From Macrostomum lignano (taxonomy: Eukaryota), in contig NIVC01005037.1 in NCBI GenBank assembly GCA_002269645.1, forward strand, positions 1 through 28,099: a stretch of DNA of 28,099 nt, read 5' to 3'. The first letter of the stretch is position 1. Each line of letters opens with the position of its first letter. The notes below the pieces were generated by a model. It was not told the origin of the DNA. It saw only the letters and a list, made by a program, of their open reading frames with translations, and did not search any database. A program made the position numbers and the translations under genes. Positions 11,101 through 21,579 of the stretch are shown in pieces.

Positions 11101-13944
11101 ACTGTCTCTGACCCACACTGTCTATGACCCACACTGACATGACCCACACAATCTATGACCCACACTGTCCATGGCCAACAATGTCTATGACCCACACTGT
11201 CTATGACCCACACTGTATCTGACCCACACTGTCTATGACCCACACTGACATGACCCACACAATCTATGACCCACACTGTCCATGGCCAACAATGTCTATG
11301 ACCCACACTGTCTATGACCCACACTGGCTATGACCCACACTGTCTATGACCCACACTGTCTATGACCCACACTGTCTATGACCCACACTGTCTATGACCC
11401 ACACTGTCTCTGACCCACACTGTCTCTGACCCACACAGTATATGACCAACAATGTCTATGACCCACACTGTCTATGACCCACACAGATTATAACCCAAGC
11501 CGTCTACCTTTGTCTACCTTTGTGCAGGTAGCTGCTGTCACAGTGCATCCAGCATTTAACAAGGCGGCGCACTATTTCGGCTTGACAATGACCTTGGTGC
11601 CGGTGGATCCCGTCAGCCAGACGGTTGATCCTGCAGCCCTACGCGCGGCAGTGACATCCGACACGGTCCTGTTGGTTGCCTCGGCGCCGCAGTACTGCCA
11701 CGGTATCGTCGATCCTGTCGAAGAATATGGCCGTGTGGCGCGAGAGTTCGGCTTGCCGTTACACGTCGACGCCTGCTTCGGCGGCTTCATGCTGCCCTGG
11801 TGAGAACTATCGGACTTGTGGCTGTACTTAAGATGTACTTTGCGCCTAGTGGGCATTGGTTTGCCTTATATAAGCATCTAGTTAAATGTTGACAATTACA
11901 GCTAGGGAAGTGAGGGCTAGGCAGGAGTGAGGTGGGTGGCAATCAGAGTGGGGGAATGGGGCTAGGCAGGAGTGAGGTGGGTGGTAATCAGATTGGGGGA
12001 ATGGGGCTAGGCAGGAGTGAGGTGGGTGGCAATCAGATTGGGGGAATGGGGCTAGGTGGGAGTGAGGTGGGTGGCAATCAGATTGGGGGAATGCGGATAG
12101 GCGGGAGGGAGGTGGGTGGCAATCAGATTGGGGGAATGGGGCTAGACGGGAATCTTAGGCCAGCCAATCAGGATCGAGAAAAAGTCAAGAGACGAAAAGG
12201 CACCATCTGATTGTCGAACTGGCAGGGTGGAGAAACTGGGTTACTCTGTGCCGGCGTTTGACTTTCGCGTACCCGAAGTGACCTCCGTGTCAGCCGACCT
12301 TCACAAGTATGGCTTTGCGCCAAAGGTGAGGAAGACTAAAGAGTTGATTTGATTTTTGAGTATTGCTTCTTTGATAAACCTTGCAATTTATTTGACCCTC
12401 TCTGTTAAACCCACAGGGCGCCAGCGTGATTGTGTACCGCACGGGCGGGTTGCGCAAGCACCAGCTCTACGCCTACTCTGGCTGGCCCGGCGGCCTTTTC
12501 GGCTCGCCAACCATGGCGGGCACGAGGCCAGGGGGCTACCTGGCCACCGCCTGGGTCACCCTGCGCACCATGGGCCAGGAGGGCTTCGTGCGCATTGCCG
12601 GCGACCTCATGGAGCTCACCAAGTTCTGGACTGAAGAGATTCGGGCTACAGGGGTAAGCTAGGGTGAAAAAAGTTAAGTATTCCTACTCATAGTAGTTAA
12701 TCACTATTTTTTGGAAACTGCACAAACTAACCAGGCGCTAAAAATCGTTGGCTCGCCGCAAATGACCTGCTTTGCCATCACCTCGAACAACCCCGCCGTG
12801 AACGTCTTCGTTCTGGCCGACCTCTTGGAGGACAAGGGTGAGTTGGACCAGCTTGTAAGTCTGTTGAGCTCTCAGACACATCAGACACAACATTGTCTAA
12901 CCCGACAAAACACACAGGTTGGAAAATGGAGCGGGAGTCGAACCCGGACTGTCTGCACGTGACGGTGCTGCCGCAGCACCTGGCCAGGCGGGACGACTTT
13001 GTCACCGACATCCGCGCCTGCGTTGACAGAATTCTGGTGAGTGCCGTGGCGCTGGGTGGGGTAACTGCTCACTGCTGCCATCTCATACCTCTGAGACTCT
13101 CATCTCTGACACTCTCACCTCTGACACTCTCACCTCTGACACTCTCACCACATCTGACACTCTCACCTCTGACACTCACCACATCTGACACTCTCACCTC
13201 TGACACTCTCACCACATCTGACATTCTCACCTCTGACACTCTCACCACCTCTGACACTCTCACCTCTGACACTCTCACCTCTGACACTCTCACCACATCT
13301 GACACTCTCACCACATCTGACACTCTCACCTCTGACACTCTCACCTCTGACACTCTCACCACATCTGACACTCTCACCACATCTGACACTCTCACCTCTG
13401 ACACTCTCACCTCTGACACTCTCACCACCTCTGACACTCTCACCACATCTGACACTCTCACCACATCTGACACTCTCACCTCTGACACTCTCACCACATC
13501 TGACACTCTCACCTCTGACACTCTCACCTCTGACACTCTCACCACCTCTGACACTCTCACCACATCTGACCCTCTCACCTCTGACACTCTCACATCTGAC
13601 ACTCTCACCTGACACTCTCACCTCTGACACTCTCACCTGTGACACTCTCCCCTCTGACACATTCTCACTCTCACTGTAAACTCCCTATATTTTCGAGCTC
13701 TCCTAATTTTTTAATTGGCCTCATCAAATAGATTCTTTTAAATATCTAATGTTGACTTCTAGATACTACTAACTAGCAGAATTTCAGTAGCAAGCAGGAC
13801 ATTTTCCTCGCTAAAAACTCACCGCAGACGGAGAAAATCAAGCCCAAGGGCATGGCCGCTGTGTACGGCATGGTGGCCCGGGTGCCGGCCAAGGAGCTCA
13901 TTGACGAGTTCCTGCTGGAGTTCTTCAATCAGATCTACTCATAA
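7891..13944 (+). CDS. SGPL1: Sphingosine-1-phosphate lyase-like protein (PLP-dependent, group II decarboxylase fold), 8 exons, 545 aa
   Basis: Manual splicing gives one uninterrupted frame (250+440+272+100+237+103+119+117=1638 nt). Family motifs appear in order: N-terminal hydrophobic anchor, [56 protein letters not shown] (PLP lysine at 12305-12307), GTRPGG, and C-terminal AVYGM...EFFNQIYS*. Orthology to SGPL1 versus a paralogous clade was not tested. Confidence 0.92.
8225..9740. repeat. (CTCCT)n pentanucleotide microsatellite filling SPL intron 1
   Basis: About 1.5 kb of almost pure pyrimidine on the + strand, with recurrent TTCCTCTACTATCCTATC interruptions. Confidence 0.98.
9794..10233 (+). 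CDS. SGPL1: SPL-like exon 2
   Basis: Acceptor CACCAG| at 9793. Encodes EDPQQLLEQ...FAYVY...HENALNP...TSGGTES...TPNI. Donor GTGAGC at 10234. Confidence 0.93.
10270..11485. repeat. 16-bp minisatellite in SPL intron 2, ATGACCCACACTGTCT
   Basis: About 75 copies. Internal block duplications are visible (CAACATTGTCTATGACTTACAATTTCTG at about 10661 and 10863). Confidence 0.97.
11528..11799 (+). CDS. SGPL1: SPL-like exon 3
   Basis: Acceptor TTTGTGCAG|. Encodes [18 protein letters not shown]...[13 protein letters not shown](W). Donor GTGAGA at 11800, phase 2. Confidence 0.95.
11913..12147. repeat. 45-bp G-rich minisatellite in SPL intron 3, about 5 copies
   Basis: Unit GGGCTAGGCAGGAGTGAGGTGGGTGGCAATCAGATTGGGGGAATG, with GCTAGG at 11961 and 12006. 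Confidence 0.95.
12226..12325 (+). CDS. SGPL1: SPL-like exon 4 (contains PLP-binding lysine)
   Basis: Acceptor GGCAG|. Encodes (W)[33 protein letters not shown]. Donor GTGAGG at 12326. Too short to appear in the ORF track. Confidence 0.95.
12417..12653 (+). CDS. SGPL1: SPL-like exon 5
   Basis: Acceptor CCACAG|. Encodes GASVIVYR...[18 protein letters not shown]...EEIRATG. Donor GTAAGC at 12654. Confidence 0.95.
12735..12837 (+). CDS. SGPL1: SPL-like exon 6
   Basis: Acceptor ACTAACCAG|. Encodes [34 protein letters not shown](G). Donor GTGAGT at 12838, phase 1. Confidence 0.92.
12918..13036 (+). CDS. SGPL1: SPL-like exon 7
   Basis: Acceptor CACACAG|. Encodes (G)[20 protein letters not shown]...[14 protein letters not shown]. 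Donor GTGAGT at 13037. Confidence 0.92.
13090..13660. repeat. Mixed 15/18-bp minisatellite in SPL intron 7 (CTGACACTCTCACCT / CTGACACTCTCACCACAT)
   Basis: Directly visible. It explains the SDTLT(T) repeat ORF. Confidence 0.96.
13828..13944 (+). CDS. SGPL1: SPL-like exon 8 (terminal)
   Basis: Acceptor CCGCAG|. Encodes [38 protein letters not shown], with TAA at 13942-13944. Confidence 0.92.
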   Translation, partial: TEKIKPKGMAAVYGMVARVPAKELIDEFLLEFFNQIYS

Positions 13945-14038
13945 ACTGCCGACTCCCGTCAGTAACAACCAAATGTAGCTAGTTAGTGTCAATTCTATTC
14001 AATCACCTGATCTGCTCGCTTCAATGATTACTAAATCA

Positions 14039-14044
14039 AATAAA
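14039..14044 (+). promoter_or_regulatory. Putative polyadenylation signal of the SPL-like gene
   Basis: AATAAA 95 nt after the stop codon. A second AATAAA lies at 14240-14245. Confidence 0.6.
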
Positions 14045-14242
14045 AAATCAATCTAATTCGACAACCAACTCAACTGAGAATAATTTCACTTGTCGAATGG
14101 CGTGTCTTACCTTTGTGACAGGGACGTACAGGGACGTCTGGAGAACCCTGGACTGGAAACGGCCAACGTTTTTAACGTTCGGCCTTTCCTTCGCTTTTCT
14201 ATTAATCTTACTAGTGCTTGTGTTAGTAACAAACAAATGAAT

Positions 14243-14715
<473 letters not shown>

Positions 14716-15687
14716 GCTAGGCACCCAGTTTTTGGCTTTAGATTACCGGCTAGCAACCAGTCCAGAGGAGCTTCCAGAGATCCATGCTTCAATCCAGCAC
14801 CCCCTAGACCCAACCTGTAGCCTCAGCTGCAGGTTCACTGCTCAACTCACAAAGATTATGCTCCTATCGTCATCCATCAGGGCAGGCAATGAAATGGCCT
14901 GTCGGGATTCTCATTTTGCTGCTCCCATGCACCCAGCCACCTCGCCTCCCGGATCCCCTGCTTGATTCCGCTCGGTTGCGGATTATCAAGCCAGGTGCGC
15001 TCGCCCGCTCGCTTCTCCTTGAGCTCGGCGGCCTCATCAATCAGACCCGATCTGTAAGACAGTTGAGGATAGAAGATCTCGGCCAGAAGAAGTCAGTCAG
15101 GCCAGTCAGGGGGAGAAGAAGATATAAAAGACGCTTGGAGCGAGCTTGTTCCGCTGCAAGCATCTCAGCAGCTTCTATCCTCTTCTCCGCTAGCTAAACC
15201 CCGTCTTTCCTGCCTGCAAGCGGGGAGCTGGGCTCATATTTAGGATAGAGCCGACAAGAGGGTAGCGGGCCGCCCGCTGCCTGCGGGGAGCATTGGTGAT
15301 TTATGGGAAAGTGAGAAAATGGGATCTACATAAGGGGGGTTGGTGGCAGCTGCTCATCGCTTGCCCTTGGCTGTTTCCTCTGGCAGGAGAAGCTTGGCTG
15401 AGGCGGGGGGGGCAAAGTTAATAAACAATTCCGAGTGGAGCAGGGCTTGTGTGGGGGCAGATGAGGACAGACCACCCCAATGTTGCGGCAATGATGAGGT
15501 GAGCAGAAGTGTTGAGTACAGGCTGGTGAAGTTGCTGAGTGGAAATCGATGCACGTTATCTGGTCGAAAGTGGTCGAAATATACTTTTCCCATGATGATA
15601 AACTGTTTCATATGGCGGAGCAATGCCTGATATAAATTATTCAGAACAGTAAAATTAGATAGGCCAGTTGGTGGTTACGAAATTGCT

Positions 15688-16232
15688 CAGACGATTGATG
15701 AATGTTTCAGATGTTTGATGAATGCTTCAGATGATTGATGAATGTTTCAGATGATTGATAAATGTTTCAGGTGATTGATTAATGTTTCAGGTGATTGATG
15801 AACGCTTCAGATGATTGATGAATGTTTCAGATGATTGATGACTGTTTCAGATGATTGATTAATGTTTCAGATGATTGATGAATGCTTCAGATGATTGATG
15901 ACTGTTTCAGATGATTAATAAATGTTTCAGGTGATTGATGAATGCTTCAGATGATTGATAAATGTTTCAGATGATTAATAAATGTTTCAGGTGATTGATG
16001 AATGCTTCAGATGATTGATAAATGTTTCAGATGGTTAATAAATGTTTCAGGTGATTGATGAATGCTTCAGATGATTGATAAATGTTTCAGATGATTAATA
16101 AATGTTTCAGATAATTGATGAATGCTTCAGATGATTGATTAATGTTTCAGATGATTGATGACTGTTTCAGGTGATTGATGAATGTTTCAGATGATTAATA
16201 AATGTTTCAGGTGATTGATGAATGTTTCAGGT
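15688..16232. repeat. 20-bp minisatellite A, GATGATTGATGAATGTTTCA, about 27 copies
   Basis: Directly visible tandem array with point variants. Confidence 0.96.
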
Positions 16233-16249
16233 GGCTGTTGTGTGTTTGA

Positions 16250-16620
16250 GATGATTGGTGAATGCTTCAGGTTATTGGCAAATGCTTCAGGTTATTGGCA
16301 AATGCTTCAGGTTATTGGCAAATGCTTCAGTCAGGATATTGGCAAATGCTTCAGGTTATTGGCAAATGCTTCAGTCAGGATATTGGCAAATGCTTCAGGT
16401 TATTGGCAAATGCTTCAGGTTATTGGCAAATGCTTCAGGTTATTGGCAAATGCTTCAGGTTATTGGCAAATGCTTCAGGTTATTAGCAAATGCTTCAGGT
16501 TATTGGCAAATGCTTCAGGTTATTGGCAAATGCTTCAGGTTATTGGCAAATGCTTCAGGTTATTGGCAAATGCTTCAGGTTATTGGCAAATGCTTCAGGT
16601 TATTGGCAAATGCTTCAGAT
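16250..16620. repeat. 20-bp minisatellite B, GGTTATTGGCAAATGCTTCA, about 18 copies
   Basis: Near-perfect array. Two copies carry an extra TCAG. Confidence 0.96.
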
Positions 16621-17339
16621 TGGTGTCACAGTCGTTTCCATACTAAAATTTCACAGGTCATATAAGTAAATAACTCTTTGCCTAACGGTGAGTTCACGGT
16701 TTAGTTTTGCACATTCGTCAGCAGTGAAGAAGTTGTACAGAGAAAAAATGCAGCATAGAAGTCATTCCATTGAATTAGAGGAAAGAATTCCTATTCTCTA
16801 ACTTTCCCACTGTCGCGGAAACTGGGAGGCGGGGAGCAGTTGAGGCCGTATATTGTGGGCATGTGTGAGGGGAAACAGAGAGAATAAGGTGAATTTTATT
16901 GACACAGAACTTGGACCCGCCAGCTTGCATTTCTAATTGTTGGTCTAAATGACGGAAATTCACACCAAAGCGAACAAAGACTTGCTAAGGCATTTCCCAA
17001 ACCACTATTTTGTCATTAGGCAAGCATTAGATCTCTACAAAGATTCAAAGATTCCCATGGTTGGCAACTGGCCTAATCAGTCCATGATCAAATGCGATCA
17101 AGTCTTTATTGTCCCATCTGGCGCGTGACCTGACCTCGGACAGCCAACGGCCCAGCTGGGGGGGGCTCTTTGGCGTGACCTTCTTTGTAATTTTGACGTT
17201 TCTACAAAGCAAAACTGACTGGGGTTGGAGTTTGCCCAAGGAGATTATTTTAAAGCAAAATCTGGAGTGACGAAATCTTTAAAGCTTGTTTTTTATCTAT
17301 TTTTACGACTTATGAGTGGTTAAACTGATCAGAGAGGGC

Positions 17340-18160
17340 CAGGGCCAAAATGAAAGCCAGGGGTGCCAAAATGAGAGCCAAGGCGCCAAAATGAGAGCCA
17401 AGGCGCCAAAATGAGAGCCAAGGCGCCATAATGAGAGCCAGGGCCCCAAAATGAGAGCCAAGGCGCCAAAATGAGAGCCAGGGCCCCAAAATGAGAGCTA
17501 TTGCCCCAAAATGAGAGCCAAGGCGCCCAAAATGAGAGCCAAGGCCCCAAAATGAGAGTTAAGGCGCCAAAATGAGAGCCAAGGCGCCAAAATGAGAGCC
17601 AAGGCACCAAAATGAGAGCCAGGGCGCCAAAATGAGAGCCAGGGCGCCAAAATGAGAGCCAGGGCGCCAAAATGAGAGCCAAGGCGCCAAAATGAGAGCC
17701 AGGGCGCCAAAATGAGGGCCAGGGCGCCAAAATGAGAGCCAGGGCGCCAAAATGAGAGCCAAGGCCCCAAAATGAAAGCCAGGGCCCCAAAATGAAAGCC
17801 AGGGCCCCAAAATGAAAGCCAGGGTGCCAAAATGAGAGCCAAGGCCCCAAAATGAGAGCCAAGGCGCCAAATAAGAGCCAAGGCCCCAAAATGAAAGCCA
17901 GGGCCCCAAAATGAGAGTTAAGGCGCCAAAATGAGAGCCAAGGCCCCAAAATGAGAGCCAAGGCGCCAAAATAAGAGCCAAGGCCCCAAAATGAAAGCCA
18001 GGGCCCCAAAATGAGAGTTAAGGCGCCAAAATGAGAGCCAAGGCGCCAAAATGAGAGTCAGGGCGCCAAAATGAGAGCCACGGTGCCAAAATGAAAGCCA
18101 GGACGCTAAAATGAGAACCAGAGATGCCAAAATGAGAGTCAGGGATATGCCAAAATGAAA
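17340..18160. repeat. 20-bp minisatellite, GCGCCAAAATGAGAGCCAAG, about 41 copies
   Basis: Directly visible. It explains the minus-strand FGALALILAPWLSFW ORFs. Confidence 0.97.
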
Positions 18161-18500
18161 GCCTTCCTGAGCCTAACACTGAGACCCCAGATTAGCCAGT
18201 CCAAACTCTACTTTAAGGCCTCCTTGGCCTGAATAAGCTTGTCAGCTACAAACTGCAGCATCGGCCCCACCTGCTGTGCAAAGTTTAAAAGCCAGTCAAC
18301 AGCGGTGTATAACAAACAATTCTGACGGGTTTTAACCGCACGGTTTTTGTTAACAAAGAGCCGTCACCAACTTTAAAGCAAAGTTTTGTGAAAAAAATTG
18401 GTCTACACTCTGTAAATGATTTTTCAGCATTTTTTCGAGTTTTCTACGAAATGAAAGATCTGGTTTGTCGGGTTTCCTAGTTTATGAAGTGAGACATTGT

Positions 18501-18575
18501 CAGGGGTAGGCAAACTACGGCCCGCGAGTCAACATGCAGCCCTCAAAACCTCTCTATACGGCCCCATCGGGTCCT
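18501..18575 (+). mobile_element. hAT/Charlie-like DNA transposon left-end fragment
   Basis: CAGGGGTAGGCAAACTACGGCCCGCG closely resembles the Charlie/MER58-type 5' terminus (CAGGGGTCGGCAAACTACGGCCCGCG), recalled from memory. No matching right TIR or 8-bp TSD was found. Confidence 0.6.
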
Positions 18576-18833
18576 TTGAAACTTCACAATGTCAATCCAG
18601 CCCGCTCAAGATTTGTCTCTTCTCAGCTCTGTTCGATCTCTAATCTCCTCTCTTTTTTCTTCTCTCCTCTCATCTCCTTTCCTCTCCTCCCTTCTTGTCT
18701 CCCTCCTCTCCTCTCTAATCGTAAGGCATGTACACTGTCTGTGCCTTGGAAACTGGTCCTAATTCATGGCTGTGAATCACGCTGCCCCGCTAAGCTACTA
18801 GCATGGCAAAGGATTTTGGTGCCGCTAAAACTA

Positions 18834-19493
18834 TCAAAGCCGGAGCTGCAAAGACACGAGACTCCGTCATGCGTGACTTGACCCACCCACCCCTTCCCAT
18901 CACCTTCATCCCTTCAGCTTCGAAATCAATTTCCCCATAGCGCGGAAGCCTGTGCGGGGCAACTCCGGCATCCTCCAGTTTCTTCCTGACACTCAAAAAG
19001 CAGAATGCTTCGATGCTTCAAGTGGAGTTAGGACTGAGTGGGAGATCTGCTCAAGTTGAGGCGAAGAGAGGCTGTTTTGGGGGGGGGCCTGAGCAGTCAG
19101 CCGAGTTGAGACCCGAGAGAGTCAGCCCAGCACAACACGCCACAAACAACAGCAGCGGCGACCTTCTCCATATGCCGCCGTGCTTCACTCGCTCGCTCTC
19201 ACTTTTGCCTTGAAGAACTGAGAAAAGATGAAGGGTGAAATGGATGGAGGAGATATGGCTCTAGCGGGATCATAAACCAGCCATCATCCCGGCCCCTCCT
19301 TCCCCGCCTCCCCAGAGTCCCTAACGCCTCGCAGCTTCTTCTCCTTGCTTTGCCTGGTTCAGCCTCTTCCGCTTGCCTGCTTAAACTTAGTTTACAGGCA
19401 ACTCAGACCCGTGTCGTGAGGAGGAGATGGATGAGCTCCACCCTCGGGCCTATAGTGAACTTCTTTTATCCAGTTTCCTTCATCCGACTTCAT
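18834..19493 (-). CDS. Candidate small 5-exon gene (83 aa), unknown function
   Basis: complement(join(18834..18845,18904..18985,19163..19217,19326..19376,19442..19493)). All introns are GT-AG (58-177 nt) with matching phases, but the donors are weak and I recognise no homolog. Confidence 0.3.
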
Positions 19494-21309
19494 TCAAAGC
19501 AGATGTCCGCCGATGCGTGCTGTTGGCCAGCCGGCCCAAGCTTTCAGTGTTTTAGTTGTGGGGCATCAATTTTTTATGAGAAACCAGCAATAAAATGTCG
19601 ATGGCCAGAGCAGACGCAGATGGTGGCAAGATCAAGTGAAGAAATTGAAAAGCAGAGTCTGCAGCCAACTGGGCGGCAGATTGTGGATTAAGCGGCAGCT
19701 CAAGTCTGCGCTCGGCGGCAAGTTTGTGGGGAAAACCTGTTACGATCGCGAATTAATCCCATTTCCCCAATCGCCTTAATTTCCTCGCATAGATATAACT
19801 AGATTTTCCATATCTAAATCTTTCCATTCCTGGAAATCTAATGCTCAGAATGCGTCAGAAATGAGGAGGGCGAGGGGATATTTTTGGCGGTGACATTTCC
19901 AGCTCTTCCCAATTATCGCTGAACTGTCTGTTGGGACTGTGGAGAGAGGATGGGACGGATTCGTATCTGATAGTGAGAGACGGCCCGGTCCCCCGGTCAT
20001 GGAGTTCCTAGATCAGCAATCCAGAGTGGAAACTCTCGGCCCAGAACTCTCATTAGTATATTTTTCTAACACAAGATGCGGATGTTACAGAAGCGGGGGC
20101 CGTAGTGCAGTGATCTGGAGCGGCGCTCTGATGTGCCAGCGGCCCAGGCTCGATTCCAAGTGCAGTCGCATTAATTTTTGGGGCTAAATTGGAATCTCGG
20201 CTTGGCTCTGCTCGTGCAATTAACGGCCTTGACGGCTAACCCCAAGGCACAGTGAAGTGTACATGCCTAACGATAAATAAAGTTAGGGCCGCTGTACACT
20301 CCTATGTGAGTGAGTGCCTGTGCGTATGACTGCGTACGTATCCGCGCGCTTGTGTGCCTGCTCAGGGGAGTCGGCGGAATGGGCAGTAATGCCTCTCGCC
20401 GGTTGTGTGACAATGTCGCTTAAAGTGCGCCAGGTGCACACAGCCTCCTCTCTAATGAAGAAATGCTACCGAAGCAGATACGAACAGTGTTAGGTCGTCG
20501 GCGACTCCAGCTGCCGGGACACTTCATCAGCGCCGAGTCGCACAGCCCACAACCGGTGCAGGAGGCGCTGCTGCTGACGCTGACAGACGCGCACTCGGCG
20601 TCTCATCGGATTTGGACGGCGGAGCGGCTTACATTCGCGCTCAGGTCCCTGAGTCGGTTTCCAATCCAGATGAGCCTATTTTTAGAGCTCCCCGGCACCA
20701 AACTGAAGCGGGTCGCAGCTGCTGTCACTTATCCTTGTTTTTGATGCGCCTCGATCACAGCATCTCCTCCCATCTCAATCGAACGGGTCCGGCTATAACA
20801 GCCAGCTAGCCCTACTCACACTTGAGCAGCTTGTGTGCCATTTACACCCATGGACCGCGAGCACTTCAAAACCAGACGATGTAGAGACTGCTCTTCTTCC
20901 GCGAGAGAAGCGGCGTGAGAGGTGACGCAACCTCCGGGAGCACAGGACCCGCAGGCCCCAGCTGTCACAGAGGGTAAACACACTCTGCAGAACCGATAGG
21001 GGCAAAGCTGCATGGAGAGGCTGTGAAAAACAAATACACAGCCTGGTAACCATCGGGTATTAGCAACTCTCTGCCGCTTTTCGCCTCACTTTTTGTTTGT
21101 TTTCTTCTTCTTTGGAACTAAATTTGTCAGGCATCAACTATGGAAGAAACACGTGCGCCTCTCTCAAGTGACGGCATCGGCTCCCCCTGTAGAGTTTCGG
21201 TGTAAACTAATAATGGGGTTGGATGAAATTAATAGCAGCTACAAATGGGAACTGTGTCTTTGTCGCCTCTTTCTAGCAAGTCCGAGGTCTTTGTCTATGA
21301 GACTTATTG

Positions 21310-21579
21310 GGGTGGGTTTCACAAACGCGAAATTTCACAACCGCTAAAATCACTTGCTTTCATGAAGGTGAAACTTCACAAACGCGAAACTTCACAACCG
21401 CTAATTTTTTTGCAGTCACTTTTACAAACGCGAAACTTCACAACCGCGAAACTTCACAACCGCTAAAATTTTTGCACTTACTTTCATATACAAGTCTTTT
21501 TAGTGGTTATGAAGTTTCGCGGTTGTGAAAGTAGATGACATTTAGCGGTTGTGAAGTTTCGCGGTTGTGAAAGCAACCC
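21310..21579. mobile_element. MITE-like non-autonomous element, 270 bp, with about 39-bp terminal inverted repeats
   Basis: Left end GGGTGGGTTTCACAAACGCGAAATTTCACAACCGCTAAA versus right-end reverse complement GGGTTGCTTTCACAACCGCGAAACTTCACAACCGCTAAA (4 mismatches). A 16-bp TTCACAACCGCGAAAC motif is repeated in both arms in opposite orientation. No perfect TSD. Confidence 0.75.

Noticed and set aside
12893-13660. Thr/Ser/Asp-rich mucin-like ORF and its antisense ORFs
   Set aside because: They lie inside intron 7 after the GTGAGT donor at 13037 and are repeat translations.
7891-13944. Recent bacterial contamination or HGT of the SPL-like gene
   Set aside because: Seven spliceosomal introns and a poly(A) signal show an established nuclear gene. 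An ancient transfer cannot be judged without a phylogeny.
16215-18130. Hydrophobic repeat proteins (LQVIGKCFRLLANASGYWQM; FGALALILAPWLSFW)
   Set aside because: These are 20-bp repeats giving the same peptide in all frames, with no splice or start context.
20490-21000. GC-rich plus-strand exon-like segments (SSATPAAG...DEPIFRAPRHQTEAG)
   Set aside because: Splice signals are weak, I found no phase-consistent chain, and there is no recognisable domain.
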